A DNA stretch of 64,000 bases from Acutalibacteraceae bacterium (GTDB taxonomy: Bacteria > Bacillota > Clostridia > Oscillospirales > Acutalibacteraceae). The position numbers and the translations under genes were made by a program. A model generated the notes under the pieces. It made no database searches and was not told the origin of the DNA. It saw nothing but the letters and a program-made list of their open reading frames with translations. Positions 9,742 to 18,646 of this stretch are shown here, piece after piece (within the stretch, counting starts at the first letter, position 1; each line of letters begins with the position of its first letter). The stretch is taken from the NCBI GenBank assembly GCA_045576295.1, contig JAZNGF010000035.1, positions 58 to 64,057 on the forward strand, written 5' to 3'.

Positions 9742-9895
9742 AAACAAAAATCCTGTCGATTATTGTCGGCAGGATTTTCGTTTTATTATTCATTTTTCAT
9801 TATTCAATATTCATCATTCATTAAAACGGATTTTCGTAATGAATAATTGATGTAAGCTATCGTTTCTGATATAATGTAATAAAGGTGGTGGTTTA

Positions 9896-10264
9896 ATGAA
9901 TCAAGATCCGGCAGTTTATGTTATTACTATACTTTTTGCGGCGTGGGTGGCAGTTGTTGTTTTGATTTATCTGCGGCACCGCGCGAAACAGCGCCGTGAT
10001 TACGAACAAATGGCACGAGAAGAACAATACGTGCCCCAAACAGATGTGTGCAGGGCTGTTGTTGTTTCAAAGAACAGCGAAATAGTTTACACTAACCGCA
10101 ATCCGAAATACCCGCAACACAATATAATATTCACCGTTACCTTTTCAGTAGATGGCAAACAAGTAACCCACGAAGTAAGCAAACAGGTTTTTGAGCGCGT
10201 AAACATCGGGCAACAAGGTTCCATTATGACCGTGAACGGAAGTTTTTTCGATTTTGACGCATAA
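9896..10264 (+). CDS. DUF2500-like small membrane-anchored protein
   Basis: A 122-aa ORF with an N-terminal TM helix and a beta-rich C-terminal part ending GSIMTVNGSFFDFDA. Family assignment is from memory. Confidence 0.55.
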   Translation: MNQDPAVYVITILFAAWVAVVVLIYLRHRAKQRRDYEQMAREEQYVPQTDVCRAVVVSKNSEIVYTNRNPKYPQHNIIFTVTFSVDGKQVTHEVSKQVFERVNIGQQGSIMTVNGSFFDFDA

Positions 10265-10304
10265 ATTCGCCATTTAATCTTTACACCAATTTGGAGCTGT
10301 TTTT

Positions 10305-11012
10305 ATGAAACTTATGAGTTTTAACACACAGCACTGCCTGAATTTTCTTGAAGACAAAATTGATTTTCAAATTATGGCCGATGCAATAATCAAATGCGGC
10401 GCCGATATTGTTGGGCTCAACGAAATGTACGATAAGGGAGATGCCAAAGATTTTGTTGCGCAGGCCGAAATTTTAGCTGGTCTTACAGGGCTTAAACACT
10501 TCTATTTTGCCAAGGCTATTGATTATGAAGGCAACAACCCCTATGGCAATGCAATTTTATCGCGCTACACGATAGTGGCCGCCGAAACCATAGTGATTCC
10601 CGACCCTGAGCCCAAAGGTTATAACGGATATTACCAAACACGCTGCATTTTAAAAGCAACACTTAAAAACGGGCTCACGGTGCTTGTAACCCATTTTGGG
10701 CTTAACCCCGATGAACAGCAAAACGCGGCTGCCACCGTGCTTCAAAATTTAAGGGCTGAAAAATGCGTGCTTATGGGCGACTTTAACATAACACCCGATA
10801 ATGAGCTTTTAGCACCTATAAGAGAAAAAATGAAAGACACGGCAGATTATTTTAAAAAGCCACTTTTTAGTTTCCCGTCTGATAGGCCCCAAGAGAAAAT
10901 TGACTATATCTTTGTATCCCCCGATATTAAGGTAATAAACGCCGATATACCCGAAATTATCGTGTCTGACCACAGGCCGCACACGGCGGAAGTTAATATT
11001 ACTGAAATTTAA
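10305..11012 (+). CDS. Endonuclease/exonuclease/phosphatase (EEP) family protein
   Basis: A 235-aa ORF with EEP motifs (MSFNTQH..., GLNE, GDFN, SDHRP near the C-terminus). Confidence 0.8.
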   Translation: MKLMSFNTQHCLNFLEDKIDFQIMADAIIKCGADIVGLNEMYDKGDAKDFVAQAEILAGLTGLKHFYFAKAIDYEGNNPYGNAILSRYTIVAAETIVIPDPEPKGYNGYYQTRCILKATLKNGLTVLVTHFGLNPDEQQNAAATVLQNLRAEKCVLMGDFNITPDNELLAPIREKMKDTADYFKKPLFSFPSDRPQEKIDYIFVSPDIKVINADIPEIIVSDHRPHTAEVNITEI

Positions 11013-11018
11013 AAAGCA

Positions 11019-11052
11019 GCACCCGATTCCAAAACGGAGTTGGGTGCATTTT
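11019..11052 (+). terminator. Intrinsic terminator (copy 1 of a repeated terminator module)
   Basis: GCACCCGATTCC-aaaa-CGGAGTTGGGTGC followed by ATTTT. Nearly identical to 13439-13473. Confidence 0.75.
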
Positions 11053-11194
11053 CAAACTCTTTATATGTTCACATAAAAGCCATTGAACATTTTGCAGAAT
11101 GATGTTATAATGTGGCTTGTGCTAAAAATAGCATGCAGTTTATATTTAAATAATATATTTTAAATGATTTTACATTTTATCAAAAAGGGGTGTA

Positions 11195-12058
11195 TTGGTG
11201 CTGAAAATAGGTGTTGTATTATCAGGTTGCGCGGGCAAGGGCGCTTATGAAATTGGATGCATGAATGCGCTTTATGAATTCTTTGGCGAAAAAAGCATTT
11301 GTTGCATCAGTTCGGCATCGATGGGCTCGGTTGTTGGGCACCCTTTTGCACTTGGCAGAACAAAGGAATTAGACCACGGCTTCAGGCAGCTTGACAGCGG
11401 CAAATTCGGGCGGCAGATGCTTGCCATTTCAACCAACGAGGCCGCGATGAAAGAAATTGCAAATATGTTAGGCGAGGGTAATAACCCTATAGCCGAGCAC
11501 TATGTTAGCATTTGGAACTTCACCAAAAGAAAGGTGGAGTATATCCCCTTTCACACCCTTTCGGGCGAGCGTTTGTTACAATATGCTCAGGCGTCCATTT
11601 CTATCCCATTTTTCAGCAGGGGCGTTGTAATTGACGGCGAGCGAAAGTTAGATGGCGCCTTTTTAGATAATATCCCCATTTACCCTCTTGTTGATAAAGA
11701 TTTAGACATAATCTTCTGCATATATTTTGATAACGAAAGCTATATGTTCGAATCAAAAGAATTCGACCGCAAGATTGTTAAACTTAACGACTTCCCAAAT
11801 TCGGGGCGCCTTGAAACATTAACACAAGAGTTAGGTTCATACGAAAGGCAATGCCAATATGGTTTTAACTACACATATAGGGTTCTAAAAGAACTTTTCG
11901 ACGGCAAAAACGAATCTGAATGGCCAGCGGCCGTGGCCGAATATAAGCAACAAAAACATTATAAAAAGCGCCTAACGGTTGATGTGGTTTTAAACGGCAT
12001 TAACAGTGCGGTTAAAAACTATTCGGGCGTTTTAACCAAGCGCAAAAAAGTGAAATAA
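11195..12058 (+). CDS. Patatin-like phospholipase
   Basis: A glycine-rich oxyanion motif (LSGCAGKGAYEIG), a GxSxG-like nucleophile motif (SASMGS) and the catalytic Asp motif (DGAFLDN). The start is TTG at 11195 or GTG at 11198, behind AAGGGG. Confidence 0.8.
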   Translation: MVLKIGVVLSGCAGKGAYEIGCMNALYEFFGEKSICCISSASMGSVVGHPFALGRTKELDHGFRQLDSGKFGRQMLAISTNEAAMKEIANMLGEGNNPIAEHYVSIWNFTKRKVEYIPFHTLSGERLLQYAQASISIPFFSRGVVIDGERKLDGAFLDNIPIYPLVDKDLDIIFCIYFDNESYMFESKEFDRKIVKLNDFPNSGRLETLTQELGSYERQCQYGFNYTYRVLKELFDGKNESEWPAAVAEYKQQKHYKKRLTVDVVLNGINSAVKNYSGVLTKRKKVK

Positions 12059-12162
12059 AATCACATCTTAAACACCACAAAAATGCACCCATTCCTTTTT
12101 TGGATGGGTGCTTGTTTATTTTAAGATATACGTGTTATAATTAAATAAAGGTGGTGTTAATA

Positions 12163-12894
12163 ATGCATAAAGAATATAAGCGGATAGTAAAAAACTCTAA
12201 AAAAGCGGTGCTGTTTGTTCACGGCTTTGCAGGCACGCCCAACCATTTTGGCGCCTTTGTGGAATTAGTTCCACAAGATATATCGGTTTATAACATTCTG
12301 CTTGATGGCCACGGGAAAAGCGTTAAAGATTTTGCAAATGCATCTATATCCCAGTGGAAAGAGAACGTTACACATGCTGTAAACGAGCTGGCCGAAACCC
12401 ACGATGAAATATGCGTTGTTGCCCATTCGCTTGGTTGTTTGCTTAGCATTGAACAGGCGTTAAACAACGCTAAAATTTCTAAAATGTTTTTATTAGCGGT
12501 GCCGATAAAGTTGTTTTTAAAACCCAAGATGTATTCAATATCTAAAAAGGTGCAACACAACAAAATTGACCCAACAAACGAAGAACTTGTGGCCGCAAAA
12601 AACTGCTACAGCATAGAACCTGATAAAAATATATTTCATTATATTGGGTGGATACCCCGGTTTTTGGAACTGTTTTCAGAAATAAGCAAGGTTCGCAAAA
12701 TGCTTCCGCTAATAAACATTCCCTGCGAAATATATCAATCTTTAAACGATGAACTGGTTTCGAAAAATTCCATAAACATACTAAAACAAAACTATGGATT
12801 ATCTGTTACCCAGCTTCAAAACTCGGGGCACTTTTATTATAAAAAAGGCGACCTTGAACTACTAAAAAACAACTTTGTAGAATTTATTTCTTAA
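12163..12894 (+). CDS. Alpha/beta hydrolase (carboxylesterase-like)
   Basis: HGFAGTP oxyanion region and the nucleophile elbow AHSLG. The ATG at 12163 is preferred because of an AAAGGTGG RBS 6 nt upstream. Confidence 0.75.
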   Translation: MHKEYKRIVKNSKKAVLFVHGFAGTPNHFGAFVELVPQDISVYNILLDGHGKSVKDFANASISQWKENVTHAVNELAETHDEICVVAHSLGCLLSIEQALNNAKISKMFLLAVPIKLFLKPKMYSISKKVQHNKIDPTNEELVAAKNCYSIEPDKNIFHYIGWIPRFLELFSEISKVRKMLPLINIPCEIYQSLNDELVSKNSINILKQNYGLSVTQLQNSGHFYYKKGDLELLKNNFVEFIS

Positions 12895-13052
12895 ATTATT
12901 AAAATCGCGCGGCTAAAACTAAATGCCCTATTTCGTTTTGGTAAAAAGCCAAAATATCCCCTTGAATTACAACTATTGGCCTATTGGCCAAACAACCCCC
13001 TAATGTTATAATAATTTCAGAACCCGGGTTTAAAATTCAAGGAGGATAAACA

Positions 13053-13426
13053 ATGCAAAACAAACCAAATGTTGCCCTAACCGAGCCCCACAACCACCAA
13101 GATGAACTAAAAAACCAACCCTCGTTTTTGATGGTAAACTAATCGCTTTAATTGGCATTAACCTATTAACATCGTTTGTAAACTTTATTACCTTAGGGTT
13201 TGCATACCCTGCTATGTATTGCTTTAAAAAGCGCTGGATATATTCACACACCGTTATTAACGGCTACCGCCTGAAATTCACAGGAAAAGGCGGGCAGTTG
13301 TTTGGCAAATATATACTTTGGACATTTTTAGCCATTATAACCATTGGCGTTTACGCTTTTTGGCTCCCCATTAAATATCAAAAATGGGAAACAAAGCACG
13401 TTACAATTGATTCGAAAATAGTTTAA
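13053..13426 (+). pseudogene. Frameshifted small two-TM membrane protein gene (or a homopolymer sequencing error)
   Basis: GGAGG lies 7 nt upstream of the ATG at 13053, and this frame stops at 13140-13142. The rest of the protein (FDGKLIALIGINLLTSF...WLPIKYQKWETKHVTID) continues in the -1 frame through to 13426. The junction lies at A6 (13109-13114) or T5 (13125-13129). Confidence 0.5.
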
Positions 13427-13438
13427 AACTCAAAAACA

Positions 13439-13473
13439 GCACCTGATTCCAAAACGGAGTCGGGTGCTACTTT
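13439..13473 (+). terminator. Intrinsic terminator (copy 2 of the repeated terminator module)
   Basis: GCACCTGATTCC-aaaa-CGGAGTCGGGTGC followed by TACTTTT. It has the same loop and flanks as 11019-11052, with compensating stem changes. Confidence 0.7.
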
Positions 13474-13512
13474 TATGGTTTATATGAATTTTAATGCGAT
13501 CAACTTAAAACC

Positions 13513-13977
13513 TTAATCTTCTTTTTGAGATCGTTTGTAGATGATGTTGCATATTTCATATGCTATGAATATCAATACAATTATAACAATGGGTGAAACT
13601 ATTGCATAAACTTTACCTGTAACAATCATATCTAAAAACACATTGTTAATAGCAAGCGGTAACGTCAAAACACCCCAAAGAAATGTTACCCAAGCAAATT
13701 GATGATTAACAACCCCTTTTTTGCAAAACGCAACAAGCATACCAAAGCTTACCGAACCGATAATTAAAAGTATATGTTGTGAAGTTAATTTGAAATCTAA
13801 TATGATATCTAACGTGTCTGCTATTATGCCGCAAAAAACCATTATACCTGTTAAAATAGTAAAACCGCAATGTGTAATTTTATTTCTTTCATATATAATC
13901 ATTTCGTCTTTTTCGGCTTTTCCATTTAAAGTAGACTTCGAAAACAGTGTTTTTAATAAACTTGTTTTGTTTTTCAT
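13513..13977 (-). CDS. Polytopic membrane protein co-transcribed with a small XRE regulator
   Basis: A 154-aa ORF with about 4 hydrophobic helices. Its start is 2 nt after the stop of the upstream HTH gene. Confidence 0.6.
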   Translation of the reverse strand: MKNKTSLLKTLFSKSTLNGKAEKDEMIIYERNKITHCGFTILTGIMVFCGIIADTLDIILDFKLTSQHILLIIGSVSFGMLVAFCKKGVVNHQFAWVTFLWGVLTLPLAINNVFLDMIVTGKVYAIVSPIVIIVLIFIAYEICNIIYKRSQKED

Positions 13978-13979
13978 TT

Positions 13980-14183
13980 TTATTCCTCCCAGAAAATATC
14001 ATTCAAGGTTTTGTTAAGAACCTTACATATGGATACACATAAATTCAAACTTGGGTTATATTTGCCCTGTTCTATCATATTAATTGTTTGCCGTGTTACG
14101 CCCACTGCATCGGCCAATTCTTCTTGTGATAAATCCATTGCAACCCTTGCTAATTTAAATTTTAGATTTTTCAAAAGATTCAC
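13980..14183 (-). CDS. XRE-family helix-turn-helix transcriptional regulator (67 aa)
   Basis: Canonical HTH_3 sequence ([38 protein letters not shown]). Confidence 0.85.
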   Translation of the reverse strand: MNLLKNLKFKLARVAMDLSQEELADAVGVTRQTINMIEQGKYNPSLNLCVSICKVLNKTLNDIFWEE

Positions 14184-14322
14184 TCCCCATTGTTTTACAT
14201 ATTATAATATATATATTTCTAAATGTCAATTATATTTTACAAAAAACGCATTAATAACTGTATAGGCTTACCAATATTACAACAGGCTGCTTCACTTTAC
14301 CAGTAAAGCAGCCTGTTTAAGT

Positions 14323-14955
14323 TTATTTATTATCAAGTGATATTACAGCTTTAACCTTGGCTGCTATTTCGGTGGCAAGCATTTCTAAACCCTCGGAGGT
14401 GAAATGCACGCCGTCTTCTGCTAAAAATTCGGGGTGCTCGGCCGACACTTTATAAAGATTAATTATAGGCAGATTGTATTTTTCGGCAATTTCTTTGGCC
14501 GCATTATTTCGGGCGATAACCCTTTGTTCCCTTTCACAATCGGCAATATGGGTTGTTAAAACAACAAACAGCGGGGTGTTTTCAAACTCCTTTAAAAGAA
14601 ACATTATCAGCTCTTCATAAAGCTGTTTATACTCGGTTTCGTCACTCAAATGCCAGCCGTGAAGCCCGTTGTTAAACAGCACCGCTTCCCTTTTCCCTTC
14701 TTGGCGGGCGAACAACCTAACCGCATCTTTAAAAAATGGGTTATCAAGCGATTTTGAGGTTCCAAACCCGTCGAACAATATCTTCCAGCCCGATTTATCG
14801 GTTGCAACTGTCCTAACCCCGCAGGAAATGGAATCGCCTATATAAAGGGCGCGGGGAAGTTCGCGGTTATCGGCATGGTCGATCCAGGTGTTATCCCATT
14901 CGTAGGTTTCTAAGGTTTCGTTTCTGTCGGTTGCTTCATAGGTAAAGCGGCTCAT
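14323..14955 (-). CDS. SGNH/GDSL-type hydrolase
   Basis: Block I GDSIS (YIGDSISCG), followed by GTS, NNGLHG and DGVHFT blocks. The start at ATG 14955 was chosen because of its RBS (GGGTGA). Confidence 0.7.
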   Translation of the reverse strand: MSRFTYEATDRNETLETYEWDNTWIDHADNRELPRALYIGDSISCGVRTVATDKSGWKILFDGFGTSKSLDNPFFKDAVRLFARQEGKREAVLFNNGLHGWHLSDETEYKQLYEELIMFLLKEFENTPLFVVLTTHIADCEREQRVIARNNAAKEIAEKYNLPIINLYKVSAEHPEFLAEDGVHFTSEGLEMLATEIAAKVKAVISLDNK

Positions 14956-15109
14956 AAAATCACCCAAACTAAAAAATCTTTCATTAATTATAACATAAAT
15001 CCGCCAAGGCACAACACCTTGGCGGAGATTTATTTTTGCTTTAACAACTTAAATTTTGCTTTGCAGGCAGCATTTGCTTAAATAAAACGCCTAAAATTTA
15101 AAGCTCTAT

Positions 15110-15640
15110 TTATCTGCAAAACGACTCCACATAATGGTCGAGCGAGTTTTTAATTACCTCGGCTGCTGCTTTCGCGCCGTTAACCTCGCCTGCCACTGTT
15201 TCTTTTTCTTCAAGCGCCTTATACACTGTGAAGAAGTGTATCATTTCATTGAAAATATGGGGCGGCAAATCGGAAATATCCTTATATTTATTATAGGTTG
15301 GGTCGGCAAATGGAATCGCGATTATCTTTTCATCGTTGCGGCCGCCGTCAAGCATTGAAATATAACCAATTGGGTAGCAACGAACGAGTGTTAATGGCTC
15401 AAGAGACTCTGAACAGAGCACAAGCACATCAAGAGGGTCGTTATCGTCGCCGTAAGAACGCGGAATAAAACCATAGTTTGCGGGGTAATGGGTTGATGTG
15501 TAAAGCACACGGTCAAGCATTATAAGGCCCGTTTCTTTATCGAGCTCATACTTCTTTTTGCTGCCCTTTGAGATTTCTACTACTGCAACAAAATCATTTG
15601 GGTTAATTCTTTTTGGGTCAATATCGTGCCAGATGTTCAT
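15110..15640 (-). CDS. ppa: Inorganic pyrophosphatase (family I)
   Basis: A 176-aa ORF with family-I PPase motifs (VVEISKGSKKKYELD, YPANYGFIP, DDNDPLDVLVL). Confidence 0.93.
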   Translation of the reverse strand: MNIWHDIDPKRINPNDFVAVVEISKGSKKKYELDKETGLIMLDRVLYTSTHYPANYGFIPRSYGDDNDPLDVLVLCSESLEPLTLVRCYPIGYISMLDGGRNDEKIIAIPFADPTYNKYKDISDLPPHIFNEMIHFFTVYKALEEKETVAGEVNGAKAAAEVIKNSLDHYVESFCR

Positions 15641-15718
15641 AAAGGCCCCTCCTTTTTAACTAATTGTATCACAAGAAAATGTTTGTTACAAGAAAAATAT
15701 GCCTGCAAACTTAATTAA

Positions 15719-16081
15719 TTATTGTTTCCCGCCTGTTAATTTAAAGCTAATATCTAACAGCCACTTGATTTTATCATCGTGAACTGTGCCGTCAAGCAGA
15801 ACCGTTATCCAGTGGGTTTTGTTCATATGATAACCCCTAATTATGCCCTTTTCTTGAAGCAGCGAGCCAATAAGCAACGGGTCGCACTTAAGGTTCACCA
15901 CATTCACTGTGCCTTCGCCCGATAAGCCTAATTTCACTCTTGGCAGTTCCATTATAACGGCAAACCATTTCCTGCCTTTTTTGTGGCGGTAAACGGCAAA
16001 ACTCGGGTATTTTTGCCACAAATGCTCAGCATTCGCGTTATATACACAAGAAATGTGCTTGTCTAAATCTTGGTGGTTCAT
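15719..16081 (-). CDS. MmcQ/YjbR-family DNA-binding protein
   Basis: A 120-aa ORF with the typical family pattern (KWFAVIM...NLKCDP...GYHMNKTHWITVLLDG). Confidence 0.75.
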   Translation of the reverse strand: MNHQDLDKHISCVYNANAEHLWQKYPSFAVYRHKKGRKWFAVIMELPRVKLGLSGEGTVNVVNLKCDPLLIGSLLQEKGIIRGYHMNKTHWITVLLDGTVHDDKIKWLLDISFKLTGGKQ

Positions 16082-16108
16082 TAAATCACCTTTTATTAGT
16101 TTTATATA

Positions 16109-16474
16109 TCAACCAAGCGGCTCATACAGCTTTTTAGTTTCGCGGTTCCTAAATTCGTGCTTTTCATAATAGCCTATAAGTTCGCCACCCGAATCGCGCA
16201 ATGCAACCATATAAACATCCTTGTTTTCTTTATCATTGCGCGAAGTATACACTATGTTGTTATCTTTGCTTTCTTTGAACCAAGCAACAACTCTTTCAAT
16301 CTTTTGGTTCGATTCTGCGTTATGGCACTGTAAAAGGCTCTTCCCTGTAAGGTCGGTATGATAGCGTTTTATTGATGCTATATTCATATAAACCACCGTG
16401 TGCGAAAGGTCGCATATTACAACGGGCGCTGTGTCGGCATCTATTACACTTTTAAAAAACTGATTCAGGTTCAT
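16109..16474 (-). CDS. Small PAS-like domain protein
   Basis: A 121-aa ORF with a PAS-like core (PVVICDLSHTVVYMNIASIKRY...GKSLLQCHN). Weak assignment. Confidence 0.45.
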   Translation of the reverse strand: MNLNQFFKSVIDADTAPVVICDLSHTVVYMNIASIKRYHTDLTGKSLLQCHNAESNQKIERVVAWFKESKDNNIVYTSRNDKENKDVYMVALRDSGGELIGYYEKHEFRNRETKKLYEPLG

Positions 16475-16521
16475 AAAAAGGTTCTCCTTAAATAATCTTT
16501 GTTTATTTATATGCCCGAACC

Positions 16522-17706
16522 CTATTGGTTTGGTTTGCTATTTTTGATTATTCTGTTAAGCCTTTCTGACGATACAAGCATCAAAACCGCGAAAACGGCA
16601 AGAAACACGGGAAAAAGCGCCATTGAAATATGCTCTGCGGCCAGCCCGAAAAGCGGCGGCATAAAGGTAGTTCCACAATAGGCGCTTGCCATTTGTATGC
16701 CAACGAGTGACTGCGAGTTTTCCTTGCCGAAGTTTTCGGGGGTTGAATGAATAATGCAAGGGTAAACAGGAGCCGCGCCAAGCCCTATTACAACAAGCCC
16801 TGCAAGCGCTAAAGCGTTCGCGCTAACGGGCAATAAAATCATCAAAACGCCTATAAGCATCACAATTCCGCCTGCGCGAATCATAGTGCGGTCGCCAAAT
16901 TTATCGGCAATAAACCCGTTTGCAAAACGGCCTGCGGTTTGCCCTAAAAAGAAAAGCGCGGCAAAACGTGCGGCAGTTTCGGCATCTACACCTCGGTGCT
17001 CAACCATATAACTGCTGGCCCAGAGCCACGCGATTCCCTCAAATGCGCAAAACGCAAAAAACGCAATTAAAACGCTGGGAACACCCTTAATTTTAAGCGA
17101 CTGCTTAATGGTTAGCGGGTTAGGTGTAACCTCTCCCGCATCTTCGGTTTTTGGGGCGCGCCAAACTTTAAGCGACATAAACATTATAAATGTTAAAACA
17201 ATCTGAATAATCGCCACGCTTCTGTATCCCATATACCAGCCGTGATTGCCTGCAAGGCAATAGCCCATAATGTATGGGCTTATTGAAACACCAACGCCCC
17301 AAGAGGCATGAAGCCAGCTCATATGCCGCGAAGAATAATGAAGCGCAACAAAGTTATTAAGCGCCGCGTCAACCGCACCTGCCCCAAGGCCGTAAGGAAC
17401 AGCCCACAAACACATAACCCAAAACGAATGCGACACCGAAAACCCAAACAGCGCCACCGCAGTGCAGCCAATGCTGAGCGCCGTTACAAGCCCTGTTCCT
17501 AATTTTCTTGTTAGGCGGTCGGTAAACAGGCTTGATATTATGGTGCAGCCTGCAATAATCATGGATACAATCCCCGCCGAAGATAGTGGAACTTGGAGCT
17601 CTGCGTGCATAACGGGCCAACCTGCCCCAAGCAATGAATCGGGCAGGCCAAGGCTTATAAAAGCGATATAAATTATTGCAAGTAAAACCGAATACATTTG
17701 CATCAC
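16522..17706 (-). CDS. MFS transporter
   Basis: A 394-aa ORF with about 12 predicted hydrophobic helices and an MFS-like loop motif (TDRLTRKLG). Confidence 0.85.
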   Translation of the reverse strand: MMQMYSVLLAIIYIAFISLGLPDSLLGAGWPVMHAELQVPLSSAGIVSMIIAGCTIISSLFTDRLTRKLGTGLVTALSIGCTAVALFGFSVSHSFWVMCLWAVPYGLGAGAVDAALNNFVALHYSSRHMSWLHASWGVGVSISPYIMGYCLAGNHGWYMGYRSVAIIQIVLTFIMFMSLKVWRAPKTEDAGEVTPNPLTIKQSLKIKGVPSVLIAFFAFCAFEGIAWLWASSYMVEHRGVDAETAARFAALFFLGQTAGRFANGFIADKFGDRTMIRAGGIVMLIGVLMILLPVSANALALAGLVVIGLGAAPVYPCIIHSTPENFGKENSQSLVGIQMASAYCGTTFMPPLFGLAAEHISMALFPVFLAVFAVLMLVSSERLNRIIKNSKPNQ

Positions 17707-17857
17707 CCAATTACAAAGGTTTGAAAGTTATATGCATTTTACCGCCTCTCTCCCCCACTGTCAACCGAAATTTTAAGTTTTTATGGCGTTTTTTTAATGT
17801 TTTTAAACGGGTAAAATCACAAAAACAAAAACATTAATAAAATCAGTAAAATTATGC

Positions 17858-17886
17858 TTGACATTACCCAAATAGGGTGCTATAAT
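17858..17886 (+). promoter_or_regulatory. Promoter of the stand-alone tRNA-Leu gene
   Basis: TTGACA (17858-17863), a 17-nt spacer, TATAAT (17881-17886). Confidence 0.65.
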
Positions 17887-17913
17887 GTTTAGGCGTTCAA
17901 AAAGAATATATCT

Positions 17914-17997
17914 GCGAGTGTGCTGGAATAGGCAGACAGGCACGTTTGAGGGGCGTGTGTCTTCGACGTACGGGTTCAAGTCCCGTCACTCGCACCA
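17914..17997 (+). tRNA. tRNA-Leu (anticodon GAG), class II
   Basis: Acceptor GCGAGTG/CACTCGC, 3-bp D stem CTG/CAG with loop GAATAGG, anticodon arm CACGT-TTGAGGG-GCGTG (GAG at 17948-17950), variable arm GTC-TTC-GAC, T arm ACGGG-TTCAAGT-CCCGT, encoded CCA. By eye it aligns well with E. coli tRNA-Leu. Confidence 0.85.
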
Positions 17998-18001
17998 GTC
18001 G

Positions 18002-18046
18002 AGAACCTCGACACGCAAACGCGTAGTTGAGGTTCTTCTTTTTTTA
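18002..18046 (+). terminator. Intrinsic terminator after tRNA-Leu
   Basis: AGAACCTCGAC...GTTGAGGTTCT hairpin followed by a T-rich run (CTTCTTTTTTT). Confidence 0.8.
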
Positions 18047-18378
18047 GATTTTTCCTCGCGTCTTAAATCCGTTATGAACACTTGTCCCATTTAAAAAACC
18101 TTACAAACCGTTTGTTTATGCGGCTTGTGAGGTTTTCTTTTTGTTCAAAAGTGTTTATGTTCTTTACTTTGTTCTTTATTGTTCAGTGTTTTCAAGCAAT
18201 CCTGCCATTAAATTCAATGCTTTTACATTAGATTTTTGTACTGCATGTGCATAAGCTAATACTCAATTTCATTTTACTATTCATTCTATTCCTTTTTGAT
18301 TATCAGCTTGACTTCCGGCGTATTTGATTTTAAATAACAATCGAAATCGTTAACCTTTTGCACATTTTTAAAATTATA

Positions 18379-18632
18379 TTGAACTTTTGCCTTTAAAGTG
18401 GTATACTAACACTGCCAAACAAACTTAATAAACAGAAGCTGGGTATTTCCCCTTTGCGGGGGGTATTATGCTCTTTTTTGGTTATCTTATCGATATGAAT
18501 TTGGTAAAAACGCAAATTCCATCGGTGGGATGATCGGGTTATGATACCCCCATTCTGTTTGAGTTTGTTTGGCGACAATCGGGGTTTGCGTTTTTCGGTG
18601 CGTTCGACTTCGGTTGGCGCACTTTTTTGTTT
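18379..18632 (+). promoter_or_regulatory. Candidate structured 5' leader, copy a (promoter, nested helices, cUUCGg-loop terminator)
   Basis: Promoter: TTGAAC (18379-18384), 17-nt spacer, TGg-TATACT (18402-18407). Helices: GGGGGTATTATG 18459-18470 / TATGATACCCCC 18540-18551; ATCTTATCGAT 18484-18494 / ATCGGTGGGAT 18521-18531; GAATTTG 18497-18503 / CAAATTC 18513-18519. The terminator hairpin at 18597-18622 is followed by T6 at 18623-18628. The 3' module at 18576-18632 is nearly identical to 30564-30620 and 35104-35160. Confidence 0.6.
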
Positions 18633-18646
18633 TATGGGGTGTTTTT

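Noticed and set aside
13030-13251. A 73-aa minus-strand ORF overlapping the frameshifted gene.
   Set aside because: It is opposite a gene with a strong RBS and a recognisable membrane-protein body. It has no RBS, so it is a likely shadow ORF.
17914-17997. On a first parse the anticodon arm seemed to have a 9-nt loop (TTTGAGGGG), suggesting an aberrant tRNA, a frameshift-suppressor tRNA, or tRNA-Sec.
   Set aside because: Re-pairing with a terminal U-G pair gives a normal 5-bp stem (CACGT/GCGTG) and a 7-nt loop, TTGAGGG. The whole sequence aligns position by position with class II tRNA-Leu. The anticodon is GAG, not TCA, and the acceptor/T stems are 7/5 rather than 8/5.
18176-18253. A minus-strand fragment reading ...YAHAVQKSNVKALNLMAGLLENTEQ* next to tRNA-Leu. 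It might be the C-terminal remnant of a tyrosine integrase, marking a decayed integrative element.
   Set aside because: There are only about 25 codons with an in-frame stop immediately upstream. There is no further recombinase motif, and I could find no direct repeat of the tRNA 3' end. This is too little to support a call.
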